From Candidatus Neptunichlamydia sp. (GTDB lineage Bacteria > Chlamydiota > Chlamydiia > Chlamydiales > Simkaniaceae), in contig OZ247587.1 of assembly GCA_965233865.1 (NCBI GenBank), positions 992,001 through 1,056,000 on the forward strand: a DNA stretch of 64,000 bases, in the 5' to 3' direction. This document shows, piece after piece, positions 32,808-43,493 of the stretch (position 1 is its first letter; each line of letters starts with the position of its first letter). Position numbers and translations under genes: made by a program. The notes beneath the pieces were generated by a model, which did not search any database, had not been told where the DNA came from, and saw nothing but the letters and a program-made list of their open reading frames with translations.

Positions 32808-32895
32808 CGGAGGAGGTGGGATTCGAACCCACGATACGCTTATCACGTATACACGCTTTCCAAGCGTGCTCCTTCAGCCGCTCGGACACTCCTCC
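32808..32895 (-). tRNA. tRNA-Ser(GGA)
   Basis: Cloverleaf with long variable arm; CACGC-TT-GGA-AA-GCGTG; GGTTCGAATCC. Confidence 0.96.
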
Positions 32896-33049
32896 AAAGG
32901 GGACCAAAAATCCCATTCCACTTCAATACGACTTTTTCTGTGGATTGACATAAATAGAAATATTAAACCCTTTTTAGAATTAATTTGCAATCAGAATTCA
33001 ATGCTCGACAGAAGAAATATTTTAGAGTAAGATCCTAGCAAAAGCCTCT

Positions 33050-33949
33050 ATGATCACCAAAAATAGGTTAATTGTGATGAAAAAGTTTCTCTCGATTTTT
33101 CTTTTAATCGTTTTTTTAGCTTCATGCCAAAAAAATACCCCTGATACTCCAGGGAAACCTTTTGTTGTAACAAGCATTCCCCCCTATATCTCACTTGTAC
33201 AGGCCATTGTTGGCGAAACAATGACTGTTGCCTCGGCGCTTGGAGAAAACTTTGATCCTCATACAGCTGAGATAACTCCTAGCCAAATGAAAAAAGTGCA
33301 AAACGCCAACCTTTTCATTGGGGTTGGCGAAGCCTATGAGGACAACCTTGTGAGGGCAATCAATCGAGGCTCTGGAAAGGTCGCAGTTCTAGAGCTTGAT
33401 AAAAAAGTTTCTTTACTTTCTTTTTTTCAAGACGCGAATGTTGTCGATACTTGTCACAATGTAAACCTTCATTCTAAGGATCTTCATATTTGGCTTGGGA
33501 CGCAGGTTCTCATTCCTCAGGTAAGCGCCATGGTCGAAGCTCTTTCTAATCTTAACCCTGGTAGTGCCAATCAATATAACGAAAATGGAACCGCGTTAAT
33601 CAAAAAAATTAGGGAGATCGATCAAAATCTGCAAGATGAGCTCCGCCTCTTCCAGAAAAAAGCAATCATCGTTTCGCACCCTGCCCTAGGCTATTTTTGC
33701 CATGAATACAACATGACGCAAATCGCCGTTGAATGTGAGGGAAAAGAGCCTCTAGCAAGAGACGCTACCAATATCCTGCGCCTTGCAAAGAATTCTGATG
33801 TTGCTTGTGTTTTCACCGCGCCTCAATTCAACAATAAAGGGGCAGAGCTCATTGCACAAAAATTGAATTTAAGAGTGGAGAGCTTCGATCCTTTAGCTCC
33901 AGACCCTCTTGAAACCATTCAGCAGATCGCAAACGCCATAACGAAATAA
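33050..33949 (+). CDS. Zn/Mn ABC transporter substrate-binding lipoprotein (ZnuA-like)
   Basis: Lipobox LASC; DPH, DLHIW, VSH metal ligands. Confidence 0.9.
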   Translation: MITKNRLIVMKKFLSIFLLIVFLASCQKNTPDTPGKPFVVTSIPPYISLVQAIVGETMTVASALGENFDPHTAEITPSQMKKVQNANLFIGVGEAYEDNLVRAINRGSGKVAVLELDKKVSLLSFFQDANVVDTCHNVNLHSKDLHIWLGTQVLIPQVSAMVEALSNLNPGSANQYNENGTALIKKIREIDQNLQDELRLFQKKAIIVSHPALGYFCHEYNMTQIAVECEGKEPLARDATNILRLAKNSDVACVFTAPQFNNKGAELIAQKLNLRVESFDPLAPDPLETIQQIANAITK

Positions 33950-33954
33950 ATCAC

Positions 33955-34671
33955 ATGAGTGCGATCGTCTTTAATCAACTCTCCTTCTCTTATGACTCTA
34001 TAGATGTCTTCAAAAAAATCTCTTTTATTGTGAAGAAGGGAGAGTATGTTGGGATCATCGGACCAAATGGCGGGGGAAAAACGACTGCTATTAAACTGAT
34101 GTTAGGGTTTCTAGTACCAAACAGCGGAAGCGTTAAAGTCTTAGGAGAGTCTCCTGTTTCAGCCCGAACAAAAATTGGATATGTTCCCCAAGTAAATGCC
34201 TACGATAAGGATTTTCCCATCTCAGTAATGGAGGTTGTTTTAACAGGAAGCTTGGCAAAGCTAAACTGGAGGGGAAAACTTCCAAAAAAAGAACAGGAGA
34301 GGGCAAAAGAGCTTCTAGCCGAAGTAGGCCTTCAAGGATTAGAAGAACGTCCATTTGGATCTCTTTCAGGAGGGCAAGCACAAAAAGCTTTGATTGTTCG
34401 AGCGCTTATGTGTGATCCAGATATTCTTTTATTAGATGAACCCACTGCAAATGTAGATGCAAAATCTGAGGAAGCAATTTTTGCTTACTTAAAAGGTCTG
34501 CAAGGAAAAAAAACAATCTTGATTGTCACTCACAATTTGGATGCAATTATTCAAAATGTCAAGCGTGTACTTTGCTTTCAGCACGAGGTGTCCTCCATGC
34601 TTCCGAAAGATGTCTGTGAACACTTTACAATAGGAATGTATCACAAACCAGGAGGGCATAGCCATGGCTAA
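33955..34671 (+). CDS. Zn/Mn ABC transporter ATPase
   Basis: GPNGGGKT, IGYVPQ, LSGGQ, LLDEP. Confidence 0.93.
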   Translation: MSAIVFNQLSFSYDSIDVFKKISFIVKKGEYVGIIGPNGGGKTTAIKLMLGFLVPNSGSVKVLGESPVSARTKIGYVPQVNAYDKDFPISVMEVVLTGSLAKLNWRGKLPKKEQERAKELLAEVGLQGLEERPFGSLSGGQAQKALIVRALMCDPDILLLDEPTANVDAKSEEAIFAYLKGLQGKKTILIVTHNLDAIIQNVKRVLCFQHEVSSMLPKDVCEHFTIGMYHKPGGHSHG

Positions 34672-35509
34672 TCTTTCGCCCATAAGTTTTATTACCGCAA
34701 TTTTTACCGAGCCTTTTTTGCTTATGGCCCTTCTAGGAGCTTTTGGAGCCTCTATCGCAGGGGGAGTCGTTGGGTCCTATGTAGTCGTTAAACGCATCGT
34801 ATTTTTAAGTGGAAGCATTGCACACTCGGTGATTGGAGGCCTTGGAGCAGCTCTTTATGTTAAGAGGGTTTACAACATTTCTTGGCTGGAGCCCATCCAT
34901 GGAGCTCTTATTGCCGCCTTTCTTTCAGCATGGATCATAGGATCTATCCGCCTTTATTATCGACAAAGAGAAGATACTGTGATTGCCGCCCTCTGGGCAT
35001 TTGGCATGTCTGTTGGTGTCATTATGATTTCGCTAACGCCAGGCTATACAAATGAGATCACGAACTACCTTTTTGGGAATATTCTGTGGGCAAGTCGTGC
35101 AGATCTTTATATGCTTTTTGGGCTCGATGCTGTGGTTTTGGGAATTACAGCCATTTATCACCGCCGCTTTTTGGCAATCTGTTTTGATGAAAATCAGGCT
35201 GCTCTGCAAGCTCAAAACGTTCAACTGCTTTACTTTCTCCTTCTCTCCTTGATTGCACTAACTGTGGTCCTTATGATTCAGATAGTAGGAGCCATTCTTA
35301 TTATTGCTTTTCTCTCGCTCCCTGCAGCCATTGCAAATACCTTTACCCACCGCCTTTCAAAAATGATGGGCATAGCAATTATCATAGGAGGAATCACTTC
35401 GATTCTTGGTGTGTCGATTTCTTTTGCCTTGAACTGGCCATCAGGAGCTACAATTGGCCTCACAGCAACAACCATCTATCTGCTAAACTTACTTCGAAAG
35501 AAAGGCTAG
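34664..35509 (+). CDS. Zn/Mn ABC transporter permease
   Basis: SIAHS, YLFGNI, multi-TM. Confidence 0.92.
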   Translation: MANLSPISFITAIFTEPFLLMALLGAFGASIAGGVVGSYVVVKRIVFLSGSIAHSVIGGLGAALYVKRVYNISWLEPIHGALIAAFLSAWIIGSIRLYYRQREDTVIAALWAFGMSVGVIMISLTPGYTNEITNYLFGNILWASRADLYMLFGLDAVVLGITAIYHRRFLAICFDENQAALQAQNVQLLYFLLLSLIALTVVLMIQIVGAILIIAFLSLPAAIANTFTHRLSKMMGIAIIIGGITSILGVSISFALNWPSGATIGLTATTIYLLNLLRKKG

Positions 35510-35550
35510 ACCCCAGGTCCTTTTGATAAAATTCTCAATTGTTACAAAAC

Positions 35551-37260
35551 TTAATCTTCTTCAGAGGAAAAATATGCATACTTCAAGTCTATCTCTTTGA
35601 GTGGAGAAACATAGACGCCGTGCAATTTTGAATTCTTAAGGTAAGTAAGGTTGTGAAAGTACAAGGGAATAATCGGCATCTCTTCCATCAGCAATGCTTC
35701 GGCACTCCTAAACAATTCTTTCCTTTTTACCTGATCTAATTCAAAGTCTGCTTTGTCAAGGTATTGATAGTACAGAGGGTGCTCCCATCGACACATATTG
35801 GCAGAAAGGTGACGTTTTCGAAATATTTCTAACATGTAAAAAGGGTCAGCAATCCACGAAAACCATGCCATTTCACCGATTTGAAAATGTCCTTTTGAAA
35901 TGGTGCTAAAGTGCACTGGCCAGTCCGATTGCTCAATCTCAACTTGAATGCCAAATGCTTTACGCCATTGCTCTTGAATCGCCTGAATGATGCGGATCTC
36001 CAAAGACCGGCTCCGACTCCTAACAACCAAAGGTCCCAGTTCCTCCTTTGTCACACCAAGTTCTTCCAAAGCTGCTTCGAAATGCGCGCGTGCAGCTTCT
36101 AAATCTCCATCGTGAAAATAGGGTTTTTCTTGAAGTTTTAATTTGGAACCTAAAATTCCTGTTGCAGGTTTTTCTTGCATTTGCAACACATGATCAACAA
36201 GCTCTTGTCTATTGATTGAGAGGGAAAGAGCTTTGCGAAAGTTTTTGTTTGTGAAGGGGACTTGCTCTGTATTAAGAAAAAACCAACTTAGTCCCATAGA
36301 TTCAATATAGTGCAGTTTATCCTGCAGACTATGATCCGTAACAATATCGAGAGAGATTGGTGAAAAAGGCTCGCCTAACCAGTCAAGAGCTCCCTTTTTA
36401 TATAGATAAAATTGGGTCGTTGCGTCTTGAATAATTTGGATATTTACCCCACTGAGTTGTACCTGCTGGTCATCCCAATAATGCGGATTTTTTTTAAGCA
36501 GTAGAAAATCATTTTTTTTCCACTCTTGAAGTAAAAAAGGCCCATTTGAAACAAAACTTCCTGCGTTCCTCACCCAGTCTCCATTTGAAAGATCTACTTT
36601 TTTGTTAACAGGAGCGAAGGTTGTACAGCAAGTCAGATAAGGAAAATAAGGAGCAGGATGCTCTAAATCCACAACCAAAGTCTTTTCATCAAGCGCTTTA
36701 ACTCCTAATTGGTCGACATCTACAGTCCCCTCTAAACAAGCTGCTGCGTTTAGAATGGTGTAAAACGTATATGCCCCTGTTTGAGCAGATTGCGGAGACA
36801 CGGATTTTTTCCATGCATATTCGAAATCGTAGGCAGTGACAGTATCACCATTTGTCCATTTAGAATCTCGAAGGTAAAACGTATAAATTTTTTGATCTTC
36901 TGAAACCTCATACCTCTCAGCAACACCCGGACTGATTTCCCCACCTGGTCCTGAGCGCATGAGGCCCTCATAGAGCATCCGAATCACATGAGCTGTAGGA
37001 TAATCATTTGCAACCCTGGGATCTAGAGACCGCACTGAGCAATAAAAAGGAATTTGGACGCACCGACCATCACAAGTAGAACGGCCCTCTAAGTCATGCT
37101 CAGACTGTTTCTTTCCACACCCAGTAAGGAACGGGACGATGAGAAGAATCAAAAAAAAATTCACGTTTACCACCCTGCATAAAGCCTTAAACACACGACA
37201 CGAAACAAAACATCCGTCCGCTGCATGATTAATGTGAAGCTGTGATTTTAGAGCCCTCAA
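35551..37260 (-). CDS. Oligopeptide ABC substrate-binding protein (OppA-like); true start probably downstream of 37260
   Basis: Lipobox LTGC, SLDP, YEGL, SNGPF, KNPHYW, PIIPLY. Confidence 0.92.
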   Translation of the reverse strand: MRALKSQLHINHAADGCFVSCRVFKALCRVVNVNFFLILLIVPFLTGCGKKQSEHDLEGRSTCDGRCVQIPFYCSVRSLDPRVANDYPTAHVIRMLYEGLMRSGPGGEISPGVAERYEVSEDQKIYTFYLRDSKWTNGDTVTAYDFEYAWKKSVSPQSAQTGAYTFYTILNAAACLEGTVDVDQLGVKALDEKTLVVDLEHPAPYFPYLTCCTTFAPVNKKVDLSNGDWVRNAGSFVSNGPFLLQEWKKNDFLLLKKNPHYWDDQQVQLSGVNIQIIQDATTQFYLYKKGALDWLGEPFSPISLDIVTDHSLQDKLHYIESMGLSWFFLNTEQVPFTNKNFRKALSLSINRQELVDHVLQMQEKPATGILGSKLKLQEKPYFHDGDLEAARAHFEAALEELGVTKEELGPLVVRSRSRSLEIRIIQAIQEQWRKAFGIQVEIEQSDWPVHFSTISKGHFQIGEMAWFSWIADPFYMLEIFRKRHLSANMCRWEHPLYYQYLDKADFELDQVKRKELFRSAEALLMEEMPIIPLYFHNLTYLKNSKLHGVYVSPLKEIDLKYAYFSSEED

Positions 37261-37383
37261 ACAATCCTTTCAAGGAGAAAAAGAAATTTAGAAATTAATT
37301 TTACTTCAACAATAATACCTCAGGCAATATGTGGAAAACTCTCATCGGATCATCAAGGTTTTTTTTCTATCATTACAAAATGA

Positions 37384-37412
37384 TTGACACTTTCCTGATA
37401 TTTCTCTATGAT
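37384..37412 (+). promoter_or_regulatory. Sigma66/sigma70 promoter of rplU-rpmA
   Basis: TTGACA-17-TATGAT. Confidence 0.75.
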
Positions 37413-37441
37413 AGGCGATTCTATTAATGGAGAAACGAATT

Positions 37442-37753
37442 ATGTATGCAATCATTCATACCGGAGGTAAACAGTACCGGGTTGAAAAAGGTGATGTAAT
37501 CGAGGTCGAACTACTCGGAATTGAGAGCGGGGCTGTCGAATTCAATGAGATTATGTTTTTTAACGACGGGAAGACAGCCCATGTCGGCGCTCCTCACGTG
37601 GCAAAGTGCCTGGTTAAGGGAGAAGTCATTGGAGATACTAAAGGGCCAAAAGTGATTTCTTTCAAATACAAGCGTCGAAAGAACTACCGACGCAAAGTGG
37701 GACACAGACAAAAATATTCTGTTGTTAAAATCACCGATATCGAAACGAAGTAA
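37442..37753 (+). CDS. rplU: 50S ribosomal protein L21
   Basis: MYAIIHTGGKQYRV...GHRQ. Confidence 0.97.
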   Translation: MYAIIHTGGKQYRVEKGDVIEVELLGIESGAVEFNEIMFFNDGKTAHVGAPHVAKCLVKGEVIGDTKGPKVISFKYKRRKNYRRKVGHRQKYSVVKITDIETK

Positions 37754-37762
37754 GGAAACGGT

Positions 37763-38014
37763 ATGTCACATAAGAAAGGTCAAGGATCAAGTAGAAACGG
37801 AAGAGATTCGAACGCGCAACGTCTTGGGATCAAAGCAACACACGGTGAATATGTCACTGCAGGAAGCATTATTGTCCGCCAACGTGGCACCAAGTGGCAC
37901 CCTGCAAAAAATGTAAAGCGTGGAAAAGATGATACTCTCTTTTCTCTGGTCGATGGGATTGTTCATTTCCGCAGCGGAAAGAACACTTGTGTTTCTGTCG
38001 CTCTCGCTCAGTAA
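37763..38014 (+). CDS. rpmA: 50S ribosomal protein L27
   Basis: [16 protein letters not shown]...IIVRQRG. Confidence 0.97.
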   Translation: MSHKKGQGSSRNGRDSNAQRLGIKATHGEYVTAGSIIVRQRGTKWHPAKNVKRGKDDTLFSLVDGIVHFRSGKNTCVSVALAQ

Positions 38015-38043
38015 ATTCACCTATGTTTTTACAGTTAATTTAG

Positions 38044-38073
38044 AATAGGCTCATTTGAGCCTATTTTGTATTT
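38044..38073 (+). terminator. Hairpin/terminator between rpmA and obgE
   Basis: AATAGGCTCA/TGAGCCTATT followed by T-rich tail. Confidence 0.7.
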
Positions 38074-38086
38074 TGGAAGGAATTAA

Positions 38087-39097
38087 ATGTTTACGGATAG
38101 CGTAAGGCTAAAATTATCCGCGGGAAAGGGAGGCAATGGTGTTGTCGCCTGGCGCCGCGAAAAATACATTCCAAAGGGTGGACCTTATGGAGGCAATGGA
38201 GGATGTGGTGGTGACGTCATTATCAAAAGCGATCCCCAAATTTACTCCCTTGATCAGTTCCGCAACAAACGCCTGATACAGGCTAAAAATGGCGGCTGCG
38301 GTGGCACCAACAATCGCCAAGGTAAAAATGGTAAAAACCTCGTTTTGAAAGTCCCCTGTGGCACGCTTATTCATGATAGCGAAACAGGCGGACTTCTTTA
38401 CGATTTAACCGAGCCGGGAGAAGAATTTCACTTATGCCAAGGCGGCAAGGGTGGCAGGGGGAATACCTTTTTCAAAACACCCACGAATCAGGCCCCTGCA
38501 AAATGCACACCAGGACATTCCGGAGATGTGAAAAGTATTGAGATGGATCTCAAGCTCCTTGCTGATGTTGGATTTATGGGATTCCCTAATGCAGGAAAAT
38601 CTACCCTTCTCTCTAAACTAGCCGCGATTGAAGTCAAAACTGGCGCTTACCCTTTTACAACGCTAAAACCCAACCTCAGCTATATGGAGTTTGATGACTT
38701 TTCACGTATTTACTTAGCTGATATCCCAGGAATCATTCCCGATGCCCATAATAACCGAGGATTGGGCCTTTCTTTCCTCAAGCATGTGGAGCGTTCATCT
38801 ACCCTAATTTATCTTATCGATATTTCTGGAGAAGAAGGGCGTGACCCCTTCGAGGACTTTTTAACCCTTCGAAAAGAAGGAGAGAAATACTCCGACAATA
38901 TTCTAAAAAAACCTTTTTTAGTCGCCCTCAATAAAGTAGATAAGGAAAATGAAGAGCACCTTGAGGCCTTCAAAAAAAAATATCCTTTTCCTCAAGATAC
39001 TCTATTTGAAATCTCTGCCCTTGAAGAAAAGGGGCTTAAGCCATTCATTGCGAAAATACGCTCTCTTGCTCAAGCAAACGGGAAAAAATACCTTTGA
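38087..39097 (+). CDS. obgE: GTPase ObgE/CgtA
   Basis: Gly-rich Obg fold, GFPNAGKST, YPFTT, DIPG, NKVD. Confidence 0.97.
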   Translation: MFTDSVRLKLSAGKGGNGVVAWRREKYIPKGGPYGGNGGCGGDVIIKSDPQIYSLDQFRNKRLIQAKNGGCGGTNNRQGKNGKNLVLKVPCGTLIHDSETGGLLYDLTEPGEEFHLCQGGKGGRGNTFFKTPTNQAPAKCTPGHSGDVKSIEMDLKLLADVGFMGFPNAGKSTLLSKLAAIEVKTGAYPFTTLKPNLSYMEFDDFSRIYLADIPGIIPDAHNNRGLGLSFLKHVERSSTLIYLIDISGEEGRDPFEDFLTLRKEGEKYSDNILKKPFLVALNKVDKENEEHLEAFKKKYPFPQDTLFEISALEEKGLKPFIAKIRSLAQANGKKYL

Positions 39098-39128
39098 TCC
39101 TTTGATCCGATCATTATAAAAAGATGAA

Positions 39129-41654
39129 ATGCGCTTGTATTTTATCAATCTTCTCATTTTTTCATGTTCTCTTTGGGGTAATCCTTCAGGAATGGAGGCG
39201 ATTAAAGGTTCCTGTAATCTCCAAAAGGTCGGAAACAATCTTCAGGTTAGAACAAGCAATGAAGCCATCCTTCACTGGAAGGATTTTTCAATCGCTTCAC
39301 AAGAACGTGTTGAGTTCCTCCAACCTAGTGCAAAGGCCTGGGTTCTAAACAAGGTTACAGGAAAGGGAAGGAGTGAAATTTATGGAGGGCTCACCAGTAA
39401 TGGGCAAATTGTTCTTATCAATCAAAACGGTATTTTGTTTGGGAAAGAATCAAGAGTTGAAGTTGGAGGAATCATCGCTTCATCTTTGAAAGACGTCATC
39501 GTTGAAGGAAACATCTCGGCAAAAAATGGAGCTCTTGCACTTCTCGGAAAAGAAGTTCATATCTCGGGAGAAGTCCTCTCTCGAGTGGGAAAACATGCCT
39601 ATGTACGCGCTGAAAACAACCCTTATGGAATTGAAGTCAGTAAGGTTGGGGGACGGATCTATGTGCACTCTGAGGAAAAGACCCTTGTGACAGAAGGAGG
39701 AATGATACGGGGAGAGAATGTGTATCTTTTGTCAGATGGAGTCACCCATTTTCATGGAAAGGCCTTTGTTGGGGATATCGAAATCTCTGGGAAAAATGGG
39801 TTTTATCATGAGGGGGAAATCCAGAGAACAGGACACCTTCTTCTCGACCCTGAATCAGATGTGACAATTAGTACAATCCCCTCTTACAGCTACAACTTGG
39901 GGAGTGGTCCCAGCTCAGACTTTAGTAATATTACCATTGATAAACTTATTGAAGAGCTTGAAAAGGGGCCGGTTACGATCACCACGTCTTACCAAGGGGA
40001 AGGAGGAGTGCCAGGATCGATTATCGTTAAGGACGACATTGACCACACTTTCAACAGTCCTTATCCTTTAATTTTTTGTACAAAAAGTGCGGAAGGCATT
40101 TTGATTGAAGGAAATCTTACAAATGTTGGAAATGGAGCAATAGAATTGATTGCTCCAAAAGCAACCATCACAGGAAAACTGATTGGACAGAATCTCAAGA
40201 TTGAAGGAGATCTTTCATGCTTGGGAGAACTTTATGGGAAGAACCTTACCCTATTGTCTGAAGGAACAAGTGAAATTTCAGGGAAACTCATGACTGATGG
40301 AGGAAATCTATCTTGGGAAACTAAGGGCGATATCACCTTGACTGGGGAATGGGGACATTTAGGAGGTGGAGCACTTCTACTTAATGGAGTGCAGAACTTT
40401 TGGATTCAAGAAGGGGCTCTTTTCTATGCAACAAATCGGACAACAGAACTTACAATTAAAAATCTAAGTGGGTCCTTTTCAGTTGAACGCGGGTTGGTTT
40501 CTCCAGGGTGCTCTCCCCTTTTGATTTCAGGCCTCCTTGGCTCAATATCTTTAGATGGAGGGAGCATTGATTCTATGGCACCAATTACTATCGATGTAGG
40601 ACATCATTGCCATCTCCATCAAAGCCACATCACCTCACAAAAACCGATCCATCTAAGCCTTGGAAGCGATCTTCTCTTGATGAAAGATTCTACACTAAAT
40701 TCTCTTTCAGGGGTCCACGTGAATGCTAAAGGAAATCTTAGCCTCCTTGATACTTCTTTGATTATAGGCCGCGGGATTTTCATCTGTGCAGGAGAAACCC
40801 TCTCTCTATTAGACCATGGATCCATACTGGGAGGATCGGGACCCGTCTCTATCTCAACAGGAAAAGATCTTTGTCTTGATGGCCCCAATGTTCAAATTGA
40901 GGGGGGACGAATCACACTACTTCCCGGGAAAATCTTAACCCTTGAAGATCGAGCTCGGATTTCTTCGACGCTAGGCTTATTGTCTGTCTCGGCAGGATCA
41001 TCAATCCGACTTGATGATCAAACATTGATCAGTGTCTATGGAGGAGAGCTTGACTTGCTCGTGACTGAAGGGAGCCTTCATCTGTATGGAGAAAGTACAA
41101 TTTCTTCCACAACGCACGGGAGCTCAATTATTCTCGGAAAATCCCTTGTCATGGAAAACTTTTCTAAAATCAGGAGCGTTGGAGAGCAAGGGACAACCAT
41201 TGTCGTTGATCACCTGGAAAGTAATGGGGGGGTTGCGATGGGAATCAATACGTCGATCTCTACAGGGCACTCCCCTCTTAAAATTTTCTCTTCCAATCGA
41301 GACTTCAATACTATTGAGGGAACCTTGAATGGGTACCGTTATTCCCCCTCTCTTCAATACTTAAGTACAAATTATGAAAAATGGGAAACAACGTACCCTA
41401 GCCATTTATCTAACTCTCCTTTTACCCTCTTTCATAAAGAATCAGGCTTGATTCAAATCGGCAAAACAAAAGTAAGTCAAGTCGATTTTTGTAGCATCTT
41501 GACAAATTATATAGGTCCATTCACGGCGGAGATGCAACGAGACCTTCATCCTTATGATGAGTTTACAAGTCAGGCGATTTTTTTTACTAGCGAAGAAGAA
41601 TCATACTTTATTCGAAGACCCTTCCTCTACCCAATTCTTAGCAATCATTTTTAA
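39129..41654 (+). CDS. Two-partner secretion exoprotein (TpsA, filamentous haemagglutinin N-domain)
   Basis: Signal peptide; ILHWKDFSI, VLNKVTG, SEIYGGL, INQNGILFG; LLLDP; beta-helix-like repeats. Confidence 0.9.
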   Translation: MRLYFINLLIFSCSLWGNPSGMEAIKGSCNLQKVGNNLQVRTSNEAILHWKDFSIASQERVEFLQPSAKAWVLNKVTGKGRSEIYGGLTSNGQIVLINQNGILFGKESRVEVGGIIASSLKDVIVEGNISAKNGALALLGKEVHISGEVLSRVGKHAYVRAENNPYGIEVSKVGGRIYVHSEEKTLVTEGGMIRGENVYLLSDGVTHFHGKAFVGDIEISGKNGFYHEGEIQRTGHLLLDPESDVTISTIPSYSYNLGSGPSSDFSNITIDKLIEELEKGPVTITTSYQGEGGVPGSIIVKDDIDHTFNSPYPLIFCTKSAEGILIEGNLTNVGNGAIELIAPKATITGKLIGQNLKIEGDLSCLGELYGKNLTLLSEGTSEISGKLMTDGGNLSWETKGDITLTGEWGHLGGGALLLNGVQNFWIQEGALFYATNRTTELTIKNLSGSFSVERGLVSPGCSPLLISGLLGSISLDGGSIDSMAPITIDVGHHCHLHQSHITSQKPIHLSLGSDLLLMKDSTLNSLSGVHVNAKGNLSLLDTSLIIGRGIFICAGETLSLLDHGSILGGSGPVSISTGKDLCLDGPNVQIEGGRITLLPGKILTLEDRARISSTLGLLSVSAGSSIRLDDQTLISVYGGELDLLVTEGSLHLYGESTISSTTHGSSIILGKSLVMENFSKIRSVGEQGTTIVVDHLESNGGVAMGINTSISTGHSPLKIFSSNRDFNTIEGTLNGYRYSPSLQYLSTNYEKWETTYPSHLSNSPFTLFHKESGLIQIGKTKVSQVDFCSILTNYIGPFTAEMQRDLHPYDEFTSQAIFFTSEEESYFIRRPFLYPILSNHF

Positions 41655-41691
41655 CTGGAATAAAAGATAAAATGATGACAAACTAATAATT

Positions 41692-43386
41692 ATGGGAAAA
41701 TACATTTGGATAATTTTATTTATTCCTTTTCTTCTATTTGGAACAGTCAAATACTCTTTCTTTGTCGATCATGATACTACCTCTCATCCAATACAAGTCA
41801 ATGCTTCCGCTCCTCCATTTAAGGGCCTCATTCTTTTAGGAAATAAAGCCGACCTTAACCCTGCAGGATATCATGATGTTCATGGAGTCATGAGCTACAA
41901 TGTCGACCTTCCTGGAGGAATTGTCAAACTAAAAAAAATGGTCCGTACCTGCTACAACCAACCTCTCAATAAAGAAACCATTACCGAAATTAAAAAGCGT
42001 GTCACCCAATACTACCGAAATCATGACCACCCAGTTGTTACTATTTCTATCCTCCATCAAGACATTTCTGAGGGAGTTTTACAACTTGTTATCACAGAAG
42101 GAAAGCTAGGAAAAATCTATTGTAAAGGCAATAAATGGTTCAAAAATGATTGTCTTGAAGAAGCAATTAAACTAGAGCCGGGCGAAAATATTGCCTCGGA
42201 TATCTTAAATCAAAACCTCTACCGGCTTAACAGAAACCCTTTTCGACATATCGATGCCATATACACTCCAGGAGAAGAGAATGGAACGACTAATGTCGAA
42301 CTTGTTTGCTCTGATCGCTTCCCTTTGCGCATCTATGCAGGAATCGATAACACTGGCAATGACGTTACAGGTAACAACCGCTTCTTTACAGGGTTTGACT
42401 GGGGAACTGTCTTTTGGAGTGCTCAACGTCTTTCTTACCAATTTACCTCCTCATCAGATTTCAAACGATACTGGGCCCATACAGCTTTCTACGAAATCCC
42501 CCTTCCCTGGCAACATATGCTCAATATTTATGGTGGCTACTCTCACGTCGATGCAGACTTTGCCGTTCCAGATATTGAAGGAAGCCTATTCCATACCCAT
42601 GGGTTTTCAATCCAGGGTTCTTTGAGATATGATATTCCACTAAAACCCTACAAAAACTTCTTCCATGAGATCACTTGGGGATTTGATTTCAAGCGGACCA
42701 ACAATAATCTTGATCTCGGCGGCGTTCCAGTTATTTCTGAGAATAATGTGAATCTGACGCAACTCATGCTTGGATACAACATAAGCTTTAAAAGCACTCC
42801 TCTATCTATTTCTTGGGAAGTTGAAGGGTTTTGGTCTCCAGGAAAATGTACTTCCAATCAAACCAATGCCGACTACGAATCGCTCCGCCCTTTTACGAAA
42901 AATCAATACGTCTACACGCGAACAGCACTCACGTTCATCTGGTGCCTTTATAAGGACTGGTCTATCCACAACTGTTTCCGTGGACAACTCGCAAACATTA
43001 ACCTCCTTCCTTCAGAAGAATATGGTATTGGTGGCTATAACACTGTCCGCGGATACAAGGAAAGAATCGTCAATGGAGACACCGCCTTTATCTGGAATCT
43101 TGAATTCCATGCTCCGCCGGTTAGCATCCTTAACGTTCTTGCCGGATGGAAAAAATTTTATGATGAGATTCAATTCTTAGTTTTCTACGACTATGGCCTA
43201 TCTGGAGTCAAACAGACCGCTCCCTCTCAAAAAAAAACTACATATCTCATGAGCTTCGGCCCAGGCATTCGCTATAATGTCACCCCTTATCTCACTTTCC
43301 GAGCAGACTGGGGCTTCCAGCTTCACAACCTTCACTTCGGAGGTCCGTACCAACGCCTACACCTTGCCCTCATTGTCGGTTATTAA
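41692..43386 (+). CDS. TpsB (ShlB/FhaC) outer-membrane transporter
   Basis: POTRA-like N-terminus, IDNTG, IGGYNTVRGY motif, C-terminal aromatic residue. Confidence 0.92.
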   Translation: MGKYIWIILFIPFLLFGTVKYSFFVDHDTTSHPIQVNASAPPFKGLILLGNKADLNPAGYHDVHGVMSYNVDLPGGIVKLKKMVRTCYNQPLNKETITEIKKRVTQYYRNHDHPVVTISILHQDISEGVLQLVITEGKLGKIYCKGNKWFKNDCLEEAIKLEPGENIASDILNQNLYRLNRNPFRHIDAIYTPGEENGTTNVELVCSDRFPLRIYAGIDNTGNDVTGNNRFFTGFDWGTVFWSAQRLSYQFTSSSDFKRYWAHTAFYEIPLPWQHMLNIYGGYSHVDADFAVPDIEGSLFHTHGFSIQGSLRYDIPLKPYKNFFHEITWGFDFKRTNNNLDLGGVPVISENNVNLTQLMLGYNISFKSTPLSISWEVEGFWSPGKCTSNQTNADYESLRPFTKNQYVYTRTALTFIWCLYKDWSIHNCFRGQLANINLLPSEEYGIGGYNTVRGYKERIVNGDTAFIWNLEFHAPPVSILNVLAGWKKFYDEIQFLVFYDYGLSGVKQTAPSQKKTTYLMSFGPGIRYNVTPYLTFRADWGFQLHNLHFGGPYQRLHLALIVGY

Positions 43387-43493
43387 TCCATCAGATGACA
43401 GAATGTCTTTTCGAGGTTAAAGGCTTAGCTGCCTAGCAAAGAAAATTCCGGAAAAATGGAATATCCTACTCTAAAATCAAGATTTTTGCAGCA

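Noticed and set aside
32940..33005. Possible Fur/Zur-like operator before the metal ABC operon
   Set aside because: AT-rich with only weak symmetry
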